DNA of 61,823 bases, filler included, from 5 parts of 5 records of this genome joined end to end with filler, not necessarily neighbours in it; one strand, 5' to 3'; shown: positions 35,662 to 44,982, counted from the first letter of the whole stretch. Numbers and translations: made by a program. The notes: a model not told the origin generated them from the letters alone.

Positions 35662-36306
35662 TCATCGTGACCTGCGCCCGTCCAGCCATCGGCCGAACCG
35701 GCCCCGCTTTTCGGCAAGGGAATCCCCGGCGGCCTCAAACCCATGGTTCATGTCGTCCAGGATCGGACTGATGCGATTGCGACGGAAACGTCGCCAGCGC
35801 ACCCAAATCGCCCAGAAAAAGGCGGCCAGCAGGGTCAGGATGATGATGTTGACCCAGGGAATGATTGTCACATCCGGGCCGTCCACCGGCCGGATGGTCA
35901 GTGCGTTGGGAAAGATCGTCATAAACTCGTTGCGCCAGCCATAATGCGTCAGCACGGCCCATTGCGGCGCGGCAGCGGTGGACCGCATGTCCGCGGCTTC
36001 GGCCTGCAGGTTCGAAGTGTCGAACTTGAAATACGGCGGCCAGCCCCAGCCGGTATCTTCGTTGCGATAGACCATTACGTCGTCGCCCGCCCGCCGCGTC
36101 TGGATAAAGAATACGTCGCGGTTCGTGACCGTCCCGTCTGTGCCCACATCCGGTTGCGCCCAGAACAGGCTGTTTTCGCCCGGATCGACACGCTTTTCAT
36201 AGGTATCTGTGACCCGCACGATATCATGTTGCGGCAGGGTATAGTGCAGAAAGGACCCGACGCAGGCCCAGAACAGCAGGATAAAGACCCATTTAACGTA
36301 GACCAT
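35662..36306 (-). CDS. DUF1523 family membrane protein
   Basis: LHYTLPQHD, VYRNEDTGWGWPPYFKFD, HYGWR; TM helices at both ends. Confidence 0.85.
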   Translation of the reverse strand: MVYVKWVFILLFWACVGSFLHYTLPQHDIVRVTDTYEKRVDPGENSLFWAQPDVGTDGTVTNRDVFFIQTRRAGDDVMVYRNEDTGWGWPPYFKFDTSNLQAEAADMRSTAAAPQWAVLTHYGWRNEFMTIFPNALTIRPVDGPDVTIIPWVNIIILTLLAAFFWAIWVRWRRFRRNRISPILDDMNHGFEAAGDSLAEKRGRFGRWLDGRRSR

Positions 36307-36318
36307 AACGGTCTCCTC

Positions 36319-36585
36319 TTAGTAGAAATTGACGAGGTAGATGATCAGCCCCATCAGCGTGACCGGCACGACATAGACGCCAAGGATCAGCTTGCGCCGC
36401 AAGGATCCATCATAGTCCTTCAGCCTCTGTTCGACAAAGGCATCCCGGTCACCGGTCATGCCTTCCTCGTCCCACTCGGCCATGAGTTTGCCGCGCCGCA
36501 CAGAGCGGGAATAGAGCGAAATGCCGACATAGACCAGCGTTAGCACGACAAAGCCGCCAACCATCAGTTCCAGAAAGGCGATCAT
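36319..36585 (-). CDS. Small two-TM hypothetical protein upstream of DUF1523
   Basis: GGAG RBS; two hydrophobic helices around a charged loop; 12-nt gap to DUF1523. Confidence 0.75.
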   Translation of the reverse strand: MIAFLELMVGGFVVLTLVYVGISLYSRSVRRGKLMAEWDEEGMTGDRDAFVEQRLKDYDGSLRRKLILGVYVVPVTLMGLIIYLVNFY

Positions 36586-36754
36586 TACAATGTCTCCTGA
36601 TACGCCCGGATCACCGTTCCACCCTGACGGGGGGGCTGTGGCGCTGCAATATCAGCATATTGGCCGAAGTCCGTGCGGCTTGCCATCGTCTTTGTCCGCT
36701 AGAACGGCATCGGCGCTGCATGGCATCAGTTGCTGTCGCCCTACGCATCGGTGT

Positions 36755-37198
36755 TCACGTCTGGTACAGGCTCGATCTCAGCTTTTGCAGCTGTTCATGC
36801 AGGCCCTGTATCTCGTCCGGGCTCAGGCCCGTCGCCTTGGCCGCACAGTGTGTCACATGGCGTGCATCGGCTTCGCGCGCGCGCCCTGTGTCCGTAAGAT
36901 CGACCGAAACGTGCCGCTCGTCTGTGCTGTTACGCGTCCGCTGTACAAGCCCCATCCCCTCGAGCCGCTTGAGGAGCGGGGTCAGCGTGTTCGATTCCAG
37001 TCGCAGCCGCTTTCCAATGCGCCCAACGGTCAGGGGTGCGGCCGCCCACAAGGTCACTATGACCAGATACTGCGGATAGGTCAGGCCCAGCGGTTCAAGC
37101 ACCGGCTTGTATATCCGCGCGAACGCATGGTTCGCAGCGTAAAGCTCAAAGCACAGCATATGCTCAAGGCCGGTGTTTTCAGGATCTTCACTGCTCAT
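36755..37198 (-). CDS. ohrR: Organic hydroperoxide resistance repressor (MarR family)
   Basis: LCFELYAA sensing Cys, LGLTYPQYLV, TLTPLLKRLE, DER; divergent from ohr; start reassigned to ATG 37198. Confidence 0.92.
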   Translation of the reverse strand: MSSEDPENTGLEHMLCFELYAANHAFARIYKPVLEPLGLTYPQYLVIVTLWAAAPLTVGRIGKRLRLESNTLTPLLKRLEGMGLVQRTRNSTDERHVSVDLTDTGRAREADARHVTHCAAKATGLSPDEIQGLHEQLQKLRSSLYQT

Positions 37199-37205
37199 GC
37201 TTATA

Positions 37206-37231
37206 AAATATATCGCGCACGACTTAAATTT
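37206..37231. promoter_or_regulatory. Putative OhrR operator
   Basis: Imperfect inverted repeat AAATATATCG-CGCA-CGACTTAAATTT in the 43-bp ohrR/ohr spacer. Confidence 0.6.
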
Positions 37232-37241
37232 GGAGACGCCA

Positions 37242-37670
37242 ATGCCAACCAAGATTCTCTATTCCACCAGCGCCACCGCTTCGGGCGGTGGTCGCGACGG
37301 ACACACACAGACCGACGACGGCACGTTGTCGCTGGATCTCGCAGTTCCCAAGGAATTGGGTGGGCCAGGTGGGGACGGCGCCAACCCGGAGAAGCTGTTC
37401 GCGGCGGGCTATGCTGCGTGCTTCATGGGCGCCATGCGGTTCTATGCCAACCAGAAAAATCTGACGGTTCCAGATGATGCCAAAGTCCATGTCTCGGTCG
37501 GCATCGGCCCGCGAGAGGACTTGGGCTTTGGTCTCGACATCCAGATCAAGGTCTATCTGCCAGGCGTCGATCCCGAAACCGCGAAGGATCTGATCGAGGG
37601 CGGGCACGGCGTCTGCCCCTATTCGAACGCCATAACCAAGGGTCTGCCGATCGCGCCCGAGCTGGCCTGA
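37242..37670 (+). CDS. ohr: Organic hydroperoxide resistance protein
   Basis: GGRDG, NPEKLFAAGYAACF, VCPYSNA; GGAG RBS before ATG 37242. Confidence 0.95.
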   Translation: MPTKILYSTSATASGGGRDGHTQTDDGTLSLDLAVPKELGGPGGDGANPEKLFAAGYAACFMGAMRFYANQKNLTVPDDAKVHVSVGIGPREDLGFGLDIQIKVYLPGVDPETAKDLIEGGHGVCPYSNAITKGLPIAPELA

Positions 37671-37704
37671 TCTTTTTGATTTTTTAAAAATGTGGCACCC
37701 CACC

Positions 37705-37731
37705 AGCCGTGTCTCTGCGCGGGGCTTTTTT
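37705..37731 (+). terminator. Possible intrinsic terminator after ohr
   Basis: CCGTGT-CTCT-GCGCGG stem with G-U pairs, then GGCTTTTTT. Confidence 0.45.
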
Positions 37732-37790
37732 ATGTCCCTTACCACGGGCCTACGCTCTGCCCCTGGCGCGTGGGATGACCGGCCAGCGGA

Positions 37791-38696
37791 TCAGTCTGTG
37801 CGATGCGGCCCTATGACTGCGACGATAGCCAGCATTATGCCGGAAACGGTGGCAATCATCCCTGCCGCTGAAACCGCATTGCTGCCGCCAAACCAAAGCG
37901 GGCCGTAACCGGCAAGGACATAACCAAGCACCGCCGAGAGCGTGGCAAAGCCGACGCTCCACCAGATCTGCGTCGACAGCCGATTGGTCATCATCCGGGC
38001 GGTCGCAGGCGGACATATGAACATCGCGATCACGATGATCGAACCGACCGCGTCAAAAGCCGCCACAGCGGCGATGGCGGCAGAGACAACAAGCCCGAGG
38101 CTTAGCAACTGAACCGGGATGCCCAGCGTGCGCGCAAAACCTTCGTCAAAGGTGGCGATTTTCAGCGGACGCCAGACAATCCATGTAAAGGCGGCAACCA
38201 CCAGCAGGGTCAGCGCCATGCGCGGCAGTTCGGGTGGCAACCCGCGCAGGGCAACCGGATCGAGCAGCGATACCCAGCCGGACGCATCCAGCCAGATCAG
38301 GCTTTCCAGATTTCCATACAGGGCGTGTTCCACGTCCAGATGCACCGAAGACGTATCGGACTGTTCAAGCAACAGAACCCCGGCGGCGAACATCGAGGTA
38401 AAGACCACACCCATCGCAGCGCCAACATCGACACGGCCCAGACGGCGGATGCTTTCGATCAGTACAACGGCGACCAGGGCCGCACCGGCGGCACCCAGCA
38501 TCATCGGCCAGGCGGCGATCCGGCCCGTCACCAGAAAAGCGACCACAATACCGGGCAGGACGACATGGCTGATGGCGTCCCCGATCAGGGACTGCCGACG
38601 CAACAGCAGAAAGTTGCCCGGCAGCGCGCAGGCAACGGCAGCAAAGATGCCGATCAACAGCGGGGCAAGCGACAGGATGACGAATTCAGCGCCCAT
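37791..38696 (-). CDS. Mn/Zn/Fe ABC transporter permease (TroD/MntD-like)
   Basis: GDAISHVVLPG, VHLDVEHALYG, ATFDEGFA, FDAVGSI; TGATG coupling to the upstream permease. Confidence 0.9.
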   Translation of the reverse strand: MGAEFVILSLAPLLIGIFAAVACALPGNFLLLRRQSLIGDAISHVVLPGIVVAFLVTGRIAAWPMMLGAAGAALVAVVLIESIRRLGRVDVGAAMGVVFTSMFAAGVLLLEQSDTSSVHLDVEHALYGNLESLIWLDASGWVSLLDPVALRGLPPELPRMALTLLVVAAFTWIVWRPLKIATFDEGFARTLGIPVQLLSLGLVVSAAIAAVAAFDAVGSIIVIAMFICPPATARMMTNRLSTQIWWSVGFATLSAVLGYVLAGYGPLWFGGSNAVSAAGMIATVSGIMLAIVAVIGPHRTD

Positions 38697-39895
38697 CACG
38701 CGGCCCTCGGGTCGGTGGCGATACGGCGGTCAAGCTCGGCAATCTGGTCCGGGGTCAACACGTCGAGGATCAAGGTCAGACCGTCGTCACGGACGGCCAG
38801 TTCCGACAGATGCGCGGTTGTACGCAGCGCCTGCCAGCGGATTTCGTCCCGCAGGGCGGCGGCGGCCCGGCTGTGGCCATCGCTTGTCGGGACACCATCG
38901 GCACGGATCAACCCCGCGCGTTGCAAAAGGCGGCGGGTCATCGCCTCGTAGACCGGCTGTTGCTGGGCAAGGGCAAGCAGACCTTGCCGGATATGGACTT
39001 GGCGTTGGTAGGCGCGGTGTCGCAGGGCCGCAGACAACAAACCGCGCCCAGGAGATAGCAGCAGAGAGCCGATGAAGAAGGTAAAGCCGACAAGCACGAT
39101 AATAGGTCCTGTGGGCAGGCCGGGCGCGGTTGCTGATATAGCGGCGCCAATATACCCCGACAGGCCACCGAACAGCCCGGCAAGCAGCACCACCCGGTCG
39201 GCACGGTTGGACCAAAAGCGGGCAGTGGCGGCGGGGATGATCAGCAACGCGACGATCAGGATCAGGCCTACGACCTTGAGCCCGACCACGGTGATTGCCA
39301 TCACCAGTGTCATGATGGCAAGGTCCATCCGTTGAACATTGATGCCTTGGGTCTCTGCATATCCGGGGTCAAAGGCCACTAGTAACAGTGGCCGACGCAG
39401 CGCCAGTGCGCAGGCCAGCACGCCAAGGCCCCCGGCGGCGATCAGGACTGCGTCGCTGAACAGCATCCCCGCGGTCGAGCCGAGCAGGAAGCTTTCCAGC
39501 CCCGCCTGTCGACCCGAAGACAGGGTTTGAACCACCGTAAGAAGCACAATACCAAAGCCAAAAAACACCGATAACACCGCCCCGATGGCGGCATCCTCGG
39601 CAAGCCTTGTCCGGCGAGTCAGCCAGGACACACTCAGCAGACCGACCCAGGCAGAAAGGGCCGAGCCGAACATCAACCCGGCGAGGTTGCGCCCATCAGC
39701 ACCAAACGCAACCATCACCATAAAGGCGAGCGCGAGCCCGGGCAGCGTTGCGTGGCTGACGGCATCGGCGACCAAGGACCGTTTCCGCAGGAACAGGAAG
39801 GTGCCCGTGGCGCCGGCAGCCAGGCCCAAAGCCGCCGAGCCGAGCGTGACCAGCGTGGCGTTATAGCCGATCTGCAGGAGCAACGCGTCAAGCAT
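38696..39895 (-). CDS. Mn/Zn/Fe ABC transporter permease (TroC/MntC-like) with C-terminal soluble extension
   Basis: DAVSHATLPG, FDPGYA, PTGPII; about 110-aa cytoplasmic tail. Confidence 0.9.
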   Translation of the reverse strand: MLDALLLQIGYNATLVTLGSAALGLAAGATGTFLFLRKRSLVADAVSHATLPGLALAFMVMVAFGADGRNLAGLMFGSALSAWVGLLSVSWLTRRTRLAEDAAIGAVLSVFFGFGIVLLTVVQTLSSGRQAGLESFLLGSTAGMLFSDAVLIAAGGLGVLACALALRRPLLLVAFDPGYAETQGINVQRMDLAIMTLVMAITVVGLKVVGLILIVALLIIPAATARFWSNRADRVVLLAGLFGGLSGYIGAAISATAPGLPTGPIIVLVGFTFFIGSLLLSPGRGLLSAALRHRAYQRQVHIRQGLLALAQQQPVYEAMTRRLLQRAGLIRADGVPTSDGHSRAAAALRDEIRWQALRTTAHLSELAVRDDGLTLILDVLTPDQIAELDRRIATDPRAA

Positions 39896-40675
39896 TCAGG
39901 CGTCCAACGCCAATTGGGTGATCTGCCCCTCGGCAAGCCGACCGCCATAAGTGGCCTGTACCGTTTCGGGGGTGAAAGAGGAGGCAATCGGCCCTTCGCC
40001 CATCTTGCGGCGGTTGATCAGGAACACGTTGTCGAAATAGGCCCGCACGGTGGACAGATCGTGGTGCACGGCGACGACTGTCTTGCCCTCATCCTTTAGG
40101 GATTTGAGCACGTCGATGATGGCACGCTCGGTCGCGGCATCGACCCCGGCAAAAGGCTCATCAAGCAGATATAGGTCGGCCTTTTGCGCCAGGGCGCGGG
40201 CAAGAAAGACGCGCTGCTGTTGCCCACCGGAAAGCTGCCCGATCTGGCGGTCGGCAAAATCCTCCATGCCCACACGGGCAAGACATTCCTTGGCATGCGT
40301 GATGTGGCGCGGCCGCACGCGGCCCAGCAGGCCAAGGTCGCGGTACAAACCCATCAGCACCACGTCCAGCACCTCGGTCGGGAAATCCCAATCGACGCTG
40401 GCGCGTTGGGGGACATAAGCGATGCGGTGGGCCTGTTCGGCAAGGGGGCGGCCATACACGGTGACATGACCCGAGAGCGGTTTGACGATGTTCAGCGCCG
40501 CCTTGAGTAGAGTGGATTTCCCCGCGCCGTTGGGGCCGATAATGGCCGTCATCGCACCGTCCTGCACGGTCATGTCGACCGAAAACACCACCGGCTGTTC
40601 GCCATAGGATACGGTCAGGCCCCGGATACAGAGCGGGCTTTGCGCCGGGTCGGACTGGGGCAGTACGGTTGTCAT
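39896..40675 (-). CDS. Metal ABC transporter ATP-binding protein (TroB/MntB-like)
   Basis: GPNGAGKST, YVPQRASVDWDFP, LSGGQQQR, LLDEPF, VHHDL. Confidence 0.93.
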   Translation of the reverse strand: MTTVLPQSDPAQSPLCIRGLTVSYGEQPVVFSVDMTVQDGAMTAIIGPNGAGKSTLLKAALNIVKPLSGHVTVYGRPLAEQAHRIAYVPQRASVDWDFPTEVLDVVLMGLYRDLGLLGRVRPRHITHAKECLARVGMEDFADRQIGQLSGGQQQRVFLARALAQKADLYLLDEPFAGVDAATERAIIDVLKSLKDEGKTVVAVHHDLSTVRAYFDNVFLINRRKMGEGPIASSFTPETVQATYGGRLAEGQITQLALDA

Positions 40676-40678
40676 TAC

Positions 40679-41638
40679 TCAGGCCCCGTTCGTCAGCTGG
40701 CCGGACATGCCGGATGCGGGAATTTCGGCCCCCAGCGCGCGGGCAATGGTGGTAACATTATGATCGATCATGCCAATATAAGTGCCTTCGTAGGTGCCCG
40801 GTTCGCCCATCGCATCGGAATAAAGTTCGCCACCGATTTTCACGGTGTGGCCGCGCGCAGCGGCACCTTCGATCAGGGCGCGGATGTTGCGATCTGAGAC
40901 AGAGGTTTCGACAAAAACAGATCCAATCTCGCGGCTGACAAGGGTATCGACCAGCGCGCCGATGCGTTGCAATCCAGCCTCGGATTCGGTCGAGATGCCT
41001 TGAATGCCAAGCACCTCAAACCCGTAACGGCGGCCAAAATAGCTGAAGGCGTCATGCGCCGTGACCAGAACGCGGGTCTGTTCCGGCACTTTGGACAGGG
41101 CATCATCGGCGTACCCAGACAGGGCGTCAATCTGCGACAGATAATCCCGCGCATTGCGCTCAAAGGTATCGGAAAGGTCCGGTCGTGCGGTGCTCATCGC
41201 CATCTGTGCGGCCAGGACGGCGTCACGCCAGATGTCGGGAACCATCCAGATGTGCGGATCGGGGCGACCTTCGTAGCCGGCATGGTGCAAAAGCTGATCT
41301 TTGGGCACCGCTTCGCCGACGGCCTGCACGTCCGACCGTGCGGAAAGTTGCCGCAGGAAATCCTCCATCTGTGCTTCGAGGTATAGGCCATTCCAGAGAA
41401 CAAGGTCGGCGCGGGTGAGGGCGACGATGTCAGTGCGGGTCTGGCGGTAACTATGCGGATCGACACCGGCCCCCATCAGCGCGGTCACATCGACCGCATC
41501 GCCACCGATCTTGCGGGCGGCGTCGGCGATCATGCCGGTCGTGGCGGTGATCGCCAGGCGATCCTGCGCAAAGGAGGCAGTGGGCACCAAAGGTGCACTG
41601 GCGAGGCCAAGGAGGAGTGAGCGGCGGTCGAGGTTCAT
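40679..41638 (-). CDS. Metal ABC transporter substrate-binding protein (TroA/MntA-like), Tat-type signal
   Basis: DRRSLL twin-arginine motif; ligand motifs DPHSY, DPHIW, AHDAF, YSDAMG (His3-Asp). Confidence 0.92.
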   Translation of the reverse strand: MNLDRRSLLLGLASAPLVPTASFAQDRLAITATTGMIADAARKIGGDAVDVTALMGAGVDPHSYRQTRTDIVALTRADLVLWNGLYLEAQMEDFLRQLSARSDVQAVGEAVPKDQLLHHAGYEGRPDPHIWMVPDIWRDAVLAAQMAMSTARPDLSDTFERNARDYLSQIDALSGYADDALSKVPEQTRVLVTAHDAFSYFGRRYGFEVLGIQGISTESEAGLQRIGALVDTLVSREIGSVFVETSVSDRNIRALIEGAAARGHTVKIGGELYSDAMGEPGTYEGTYIGMIDHNVTTIARALGAEIPASGMSGQLTNGA

Positions 41639-41670
41639 GATCGGATCATCCCTGTTTGCATCTTGTGAAT

Positions 41671-41717
41671 ATGAGAGTCATTCGCAATTAGTCAACCCAA
41701 TTGCGAATTATTCGCAA
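41671..41717 (-). promoter_or_regulatory. Two Fur/Mur-family boxes overlapping the metal ABC operon promoter
   Basis: Perfect 8-1-8 palindrome TTGCGAAT-T-ATTCGCAA (41701-41717) and degenerate ATGAGAGT-C-ATTCGCAA (41671-41687) flanking a minus-strand TTGACT (41690-41695). Confidence 0.75.
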
Positions 41718-41839
41718 CAGCAGCTTTGCGAACTGGCAGAGTGCCGCGTGTTTGGGCGCTGGGTGGCGTGGCGTTGCGCTTGAATTTGTGTTCCTGGCTC
41801 GCCACAGTCATCACAAACCGCGCCATGACGGAGGAAAAG

Positions 41840-42850
41840 ATGCCGGATTTTGAAGTGTCCGAGCAGGGGGTTGTCAAAGCCGGGGCCGCGAACCTTCCCC
41901 AGACGCTTGAGCCGCGCAACACGGGTATCCCGCTGGATCTGGACTGGATTATGCGAGCCACCGCCAACCGATCGGCGATCGAACGGCGGGCGGCATCGCT
42001 GCCCGGACGGCGTTCGGTCAAGAAGGAATGGCAGGCCGCATGGCTGGCGCGGGCGATTTCCTGTATCGACCTGACCACGCTTGCGGGCGACGACACCGTG
42101 GGGCGGGTGCAGCGTTTGTGTGCCAAGGCGCGTCAACCGGTGCGGGCGGATCTACTCGGGGCGTTGGATCTGCCGGGGCTGACCGTCGGCGCGGTCTGTG
42201 TCTACCATGACATGATCACACCCGCGGTCGCCGCGCTAAGCGGGTCAGGTATTCCTGTGGCGGCTGTCAGCACGGGTTTTCCGGCGGGTCTGTCGCCGTT
42301 CCATTTGCGCGTGGCCGAGATTGGCGAGAGTGTGGTGGCAGGGGCGGCGGAGATCGACATCGTAATCTCGCGTCGGCATGTGCTGACCGGGAACTGGCAG
42401 GGCCTTTATGATGAGATGCTGGCGTTCCGCGAGGCCTGCGGCACCGCACATGTGAAGGCAATCCTTGCGACGGGAGAACTGGGAACGCTGCAAAACGTCG
42501 CCCGTGCGTCTCTGGTCTGCATGATGGCGGGGGCGGATTTCATTAAAACCTCGACCGGCAAGGAACCAGTGAACGCTACGCTGCCGGTGACGCTGGTCAT
42601 GCTGCGGGCAATCCGGGATTATCACGAGGCGACCGGGTTTCGGGTCGGCTACAAGCCCGCAGGCGGGATTTCGAAGGCTAAAGATGCGCTGACATACCTG
42701 GCGCTGATCAAGGACGAACTCGGGGATCGCTGGTTGCGGCCCGATCTGTTCCGCTTTGGGGCATCGTCGCTTTTGGGCGATATTGAACGGCAGTTGGAAC
42801 ACTATGTAACCGGCGCCTATTCCGCTAACTGGCGACACGCCCTGAGCTGA
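41840..42850 (+). CDS. deoC: Deoxyribose-phosphate aldolase
   Basis: IDLTTLAGDDT, AVCVY, EIDIVI, ADFIKTSTGK, GYKPAGGI, RFGASSLL; GGAGG RBS favours ATG 41840. Confidence 0.95.
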   Translation: MPDFEVSEQGVVKAGAANLPQTLEPRNTGIPLDLDWIMRATANRSAIERRAASLPGRRSVKKEWQAAWLARAISCIDLTTLAGDDTVGRVQRLCAKARQPVRADLLGALDLPGLTVGAVCVYHDMITPAVAALSGSGIPVAAVSTGFPAGLSPFHLRVAEIGESVVAGAAEIDIVISRRHVLTGNWQGLYDEMLAFREACGTAHVKAILATGELGTLQNVARASLVCMMAGADFIKTSTGKEPVNATLPVTLVMLRAIRDYHEATGFRVGYKPAGGISKAKDALTYLALIKDELGDRWLRPDLFRFGASSLLGDIERQLEHYVTGAYSANWRHALS

Positions 42851-42898
42851 TGACGCTTTGAGCAGGTCGGATTTGCGTATTTGGAAAGAGAAAAAGAG

Positions 42899-43628
42899 AT
42901 GGGCGTGAGCGAAATATTCGAGTCGATGGAATATGGCCCCGCAGCCGAGAGCACTGCCGAGGCGAAGGCCTGGCTGGAATCCCAGGGCAGCAGATTCGGG
43001 CATTTCATCGATGGTGAGATGACCCGCCCTGGAGAGGGCTTGGAAAGTCGCAATCCGGCCACCTGCGACGTTCTGGCCACCCTTTCACAAGCCACGCAGG
43101 CCGATGTCGACACGGCTGTCGCGGCGGCTCGCCGCGCACAGGCCAAATGGGCAAAGCTGGGCGGCACGGAGCGGGCGCGATTCCTTTATGCGCTGGCGCG
43201 ACTGTTGCAGAAACATGCGAGGCTGTTCGCAGTGCTGGAAACGTTGGACAACGGCAAGCCTATCCGAGAGAGCCGGGATATCGACATCCCCCTCGCCCAG
43301 CGGCATTTTTACTATCACGCCGGTATGGCGCAGCTGATGGAGTCTGAACTGCCGGGGCGCGTCGCCCTGGGGGTTTGCGGGCAGATCATTCCGTGGAATT
43401 TTCCGTTGCTGATGCTCGCCTGGAAGGTCGCACCGGCGCTGGCCATGGGCAATACAGTGGTGCTGAAACCTGCGGAATATACCTCGCTTACTGCGTTACT
43501 GTTTGCGGATATCTGCCGACAGGTCGGCCTTCCCAAAGGTGTGGTGAATATCGTGACCGGGGACGGCTCCGTGGGTGAAATGATCGTCGGCGCAGAGGTC
43601 GACAAGATCGCCTTTACCGGCTCGACCG
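42899..43628 (+). CDS. Aldehyde dehydrogenase family protein, truncated at the contig end
   Basis: ETLDNGKP, QIIPWNFP, LKPAE, AFTGST; typical partner of deoC. Confidence 0.92.
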
Positions 43629-43728
43629 NNNNNNNNNNNNNNNNNNNNNNNNNNNNNNNNNNNNNNNNNNNNTTAATTAATTAANNNNNNNNNNNNNNNN
43701 NNNNNNNNNNNNNNNNNNNNNNNNNNNN
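43629..43728. other. Artificial contig spacer
   Basis: N44-TTAATTAATTAA-N44. Confidence 0.98.
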
Positions 43729-43729
43729 G

Positions 43730-43858
43730 ATGCGAGTGAAACAAATCGAGGACAATGCGGGTAAAACATTGATTTCGGAAGGCATTGATGCCAACTATCA
43801 GGACATGATCAATTATTCGGTTTTTTGTTTGATCAAATTGAAAGAGGAACAATCATGA
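43730..43858 (+). CDS. 3' fragment of a DUF1599 family protein
   Basis: Manual translation ...RVKQIEDNAGKTLISEGIDANYQDMINYSVFCLIKLKEEQS*; ATGA overlap with the next gene; absent from the ORF track. Confidence 0.75.
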   Translation: MRVKQIEDNAGKTLISEGIDANYQDMINYSVFCLIKLKEEQS

Positions 43859-44946
43859 AAATCATTAAAGAATTTGCACGATATGCTGTAGGAGCATTGT
43901 TCATTTTTTCGGGAATCATTAAAGTAAATGATCCGGTCGGAACGGCTATTAAACTGGAAGAGTACTTTCAGGTTTTCGCGGCTGATATCGCACCATTCTT
44001 TGAGTGGTTTGTTCCGGCTGCCTTATTTCTAAGTGTGGTTCTGAGTGTACTTGAAGTAGTGCTAGGAGTGGCGCTGATCATTGGCTACCGCATACGAATC
44101 ACCGCATGGGTTCTACTGGCCATGATTGTATTTTTTACGTTCCTCACCTTCTATTCCGCCTATTTCAATAAGGTGACCGATTGTGGTTGTTTTGGAGATG
44201 CCATTAAACTCACGCCATGGCAATCCTTTTACAAAGACATCATTTTACTTATTTTGATCGGGGTAATCTTCTGGAAGAGGGATGATTATCAACCATGGCT
44301 TAGCCCCCGATTCGGCGCGATCAAGGTCATTGGGGTTACGGTCTTCATGACCATCATTGCCATTTATGCGATTCAGCATTTGCCGTTTATTGATTTCAGA
44401 GCATACAAAGTAGGCAATCACCTCCCTTCACTGATGAAAAACTCTGAGCCATTGAAATACCTATACATCATGGAAAAAGATGGTGAAACGTATGAATTTG
44501 AAACGTATCCTTCTGAGGGAGGCTATGAATATATAGATGCTAAACTGATGAATCCGGAAGCTGCTGCCAAAATCACTGACCTGAATGTGTGGCAGGGAGA
44601 CGATGACTATACCAGTGAATTGATGAATGGAACCAAACTCGTGATCATCATTCATCAGGTTGAAAAAACTTCGCTAGATGAGATCGATCGGTTAAGAAAT
44701 CTCACCATTCAAAATCCAGGTTTTCAAACATGGATACTGACTTCTTCAGGTTACGAAAAGTTTGAAGCTTTCAGACATCAGCATCAACTGGCAGCACCCT
44801 ATTTCTTTGCTGATGCAACCGTACTTAAAACGATGGTTCGTTCCAATCCAGGTGTATTGCTTTTGAAAGAAGGAACGGTGCTCGCCAAGTGGCATTACAA
44901 TGACACGCCACTTGCTGATGATGTTATTGAAGTATTGAATCGTTAG
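43855..44946 (+). CDS. BT_3928 family protein (DoxX/MauE-like membrane domain plus thioredoxin-like C-terminus)
   Basis: FIFSGIIKVNDPVG, VTDCGCFGDA, LPFIDFRAYKVG, KTMVRSNPG; ATG at 43855. Confidence 0.85.
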   Translation: MKIIKEFARYAVGALFIFSGIIKVNDPVGTAIKLEEYFQVFAADIAPFFEWFVPAALFLSVVLSVLEVVLGVALIIGYRIRITAWVLLAMIVFFTFLTFYSAYFNKVTDCGCFGDAIKLTPWQSFYKDIILLILIGVIFWKRDDYQPWLSPRFGAIKVIGVTVFMTIIAIYAIQHLPFIDFRAYKVGNHLPSLMKNSEPLKYLYIMEKDGETYEFETYPSEGGYEYIDAKLMNPEAAAKITDLNVWQGDDDYTSELMNGTKLVIIIHQVEKTSLDEIDRLRNLTIQNPGFQTWILTSSGYEKFEAFRHQHQLAAPYFFADATVLKTMVRSNPGVLLLKEGTVLAKWHYNDTPLADDVIEVLNR

Positions 44947-44982
44947 ATCAAACTTTTAAGGTTTGATCATCAAATCCGTCCA

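Noticed and set aside
35743-37477. Long plus-strand ORFs 35743-36543 and 36590-37477
   Set aside because: Shadow frames over DUF1523, ohrR and ohr in GC-rich DNA; no recognisable motifs.
38119-39075. 318-aa plus-strand ORF and other overlapping ORFs in the metal ABC operon
   Set aside because: Antisense to well-supported permease genes; Arg/Pro/Ala/Ser-rich composition typical of non-coding GC-rich frames.
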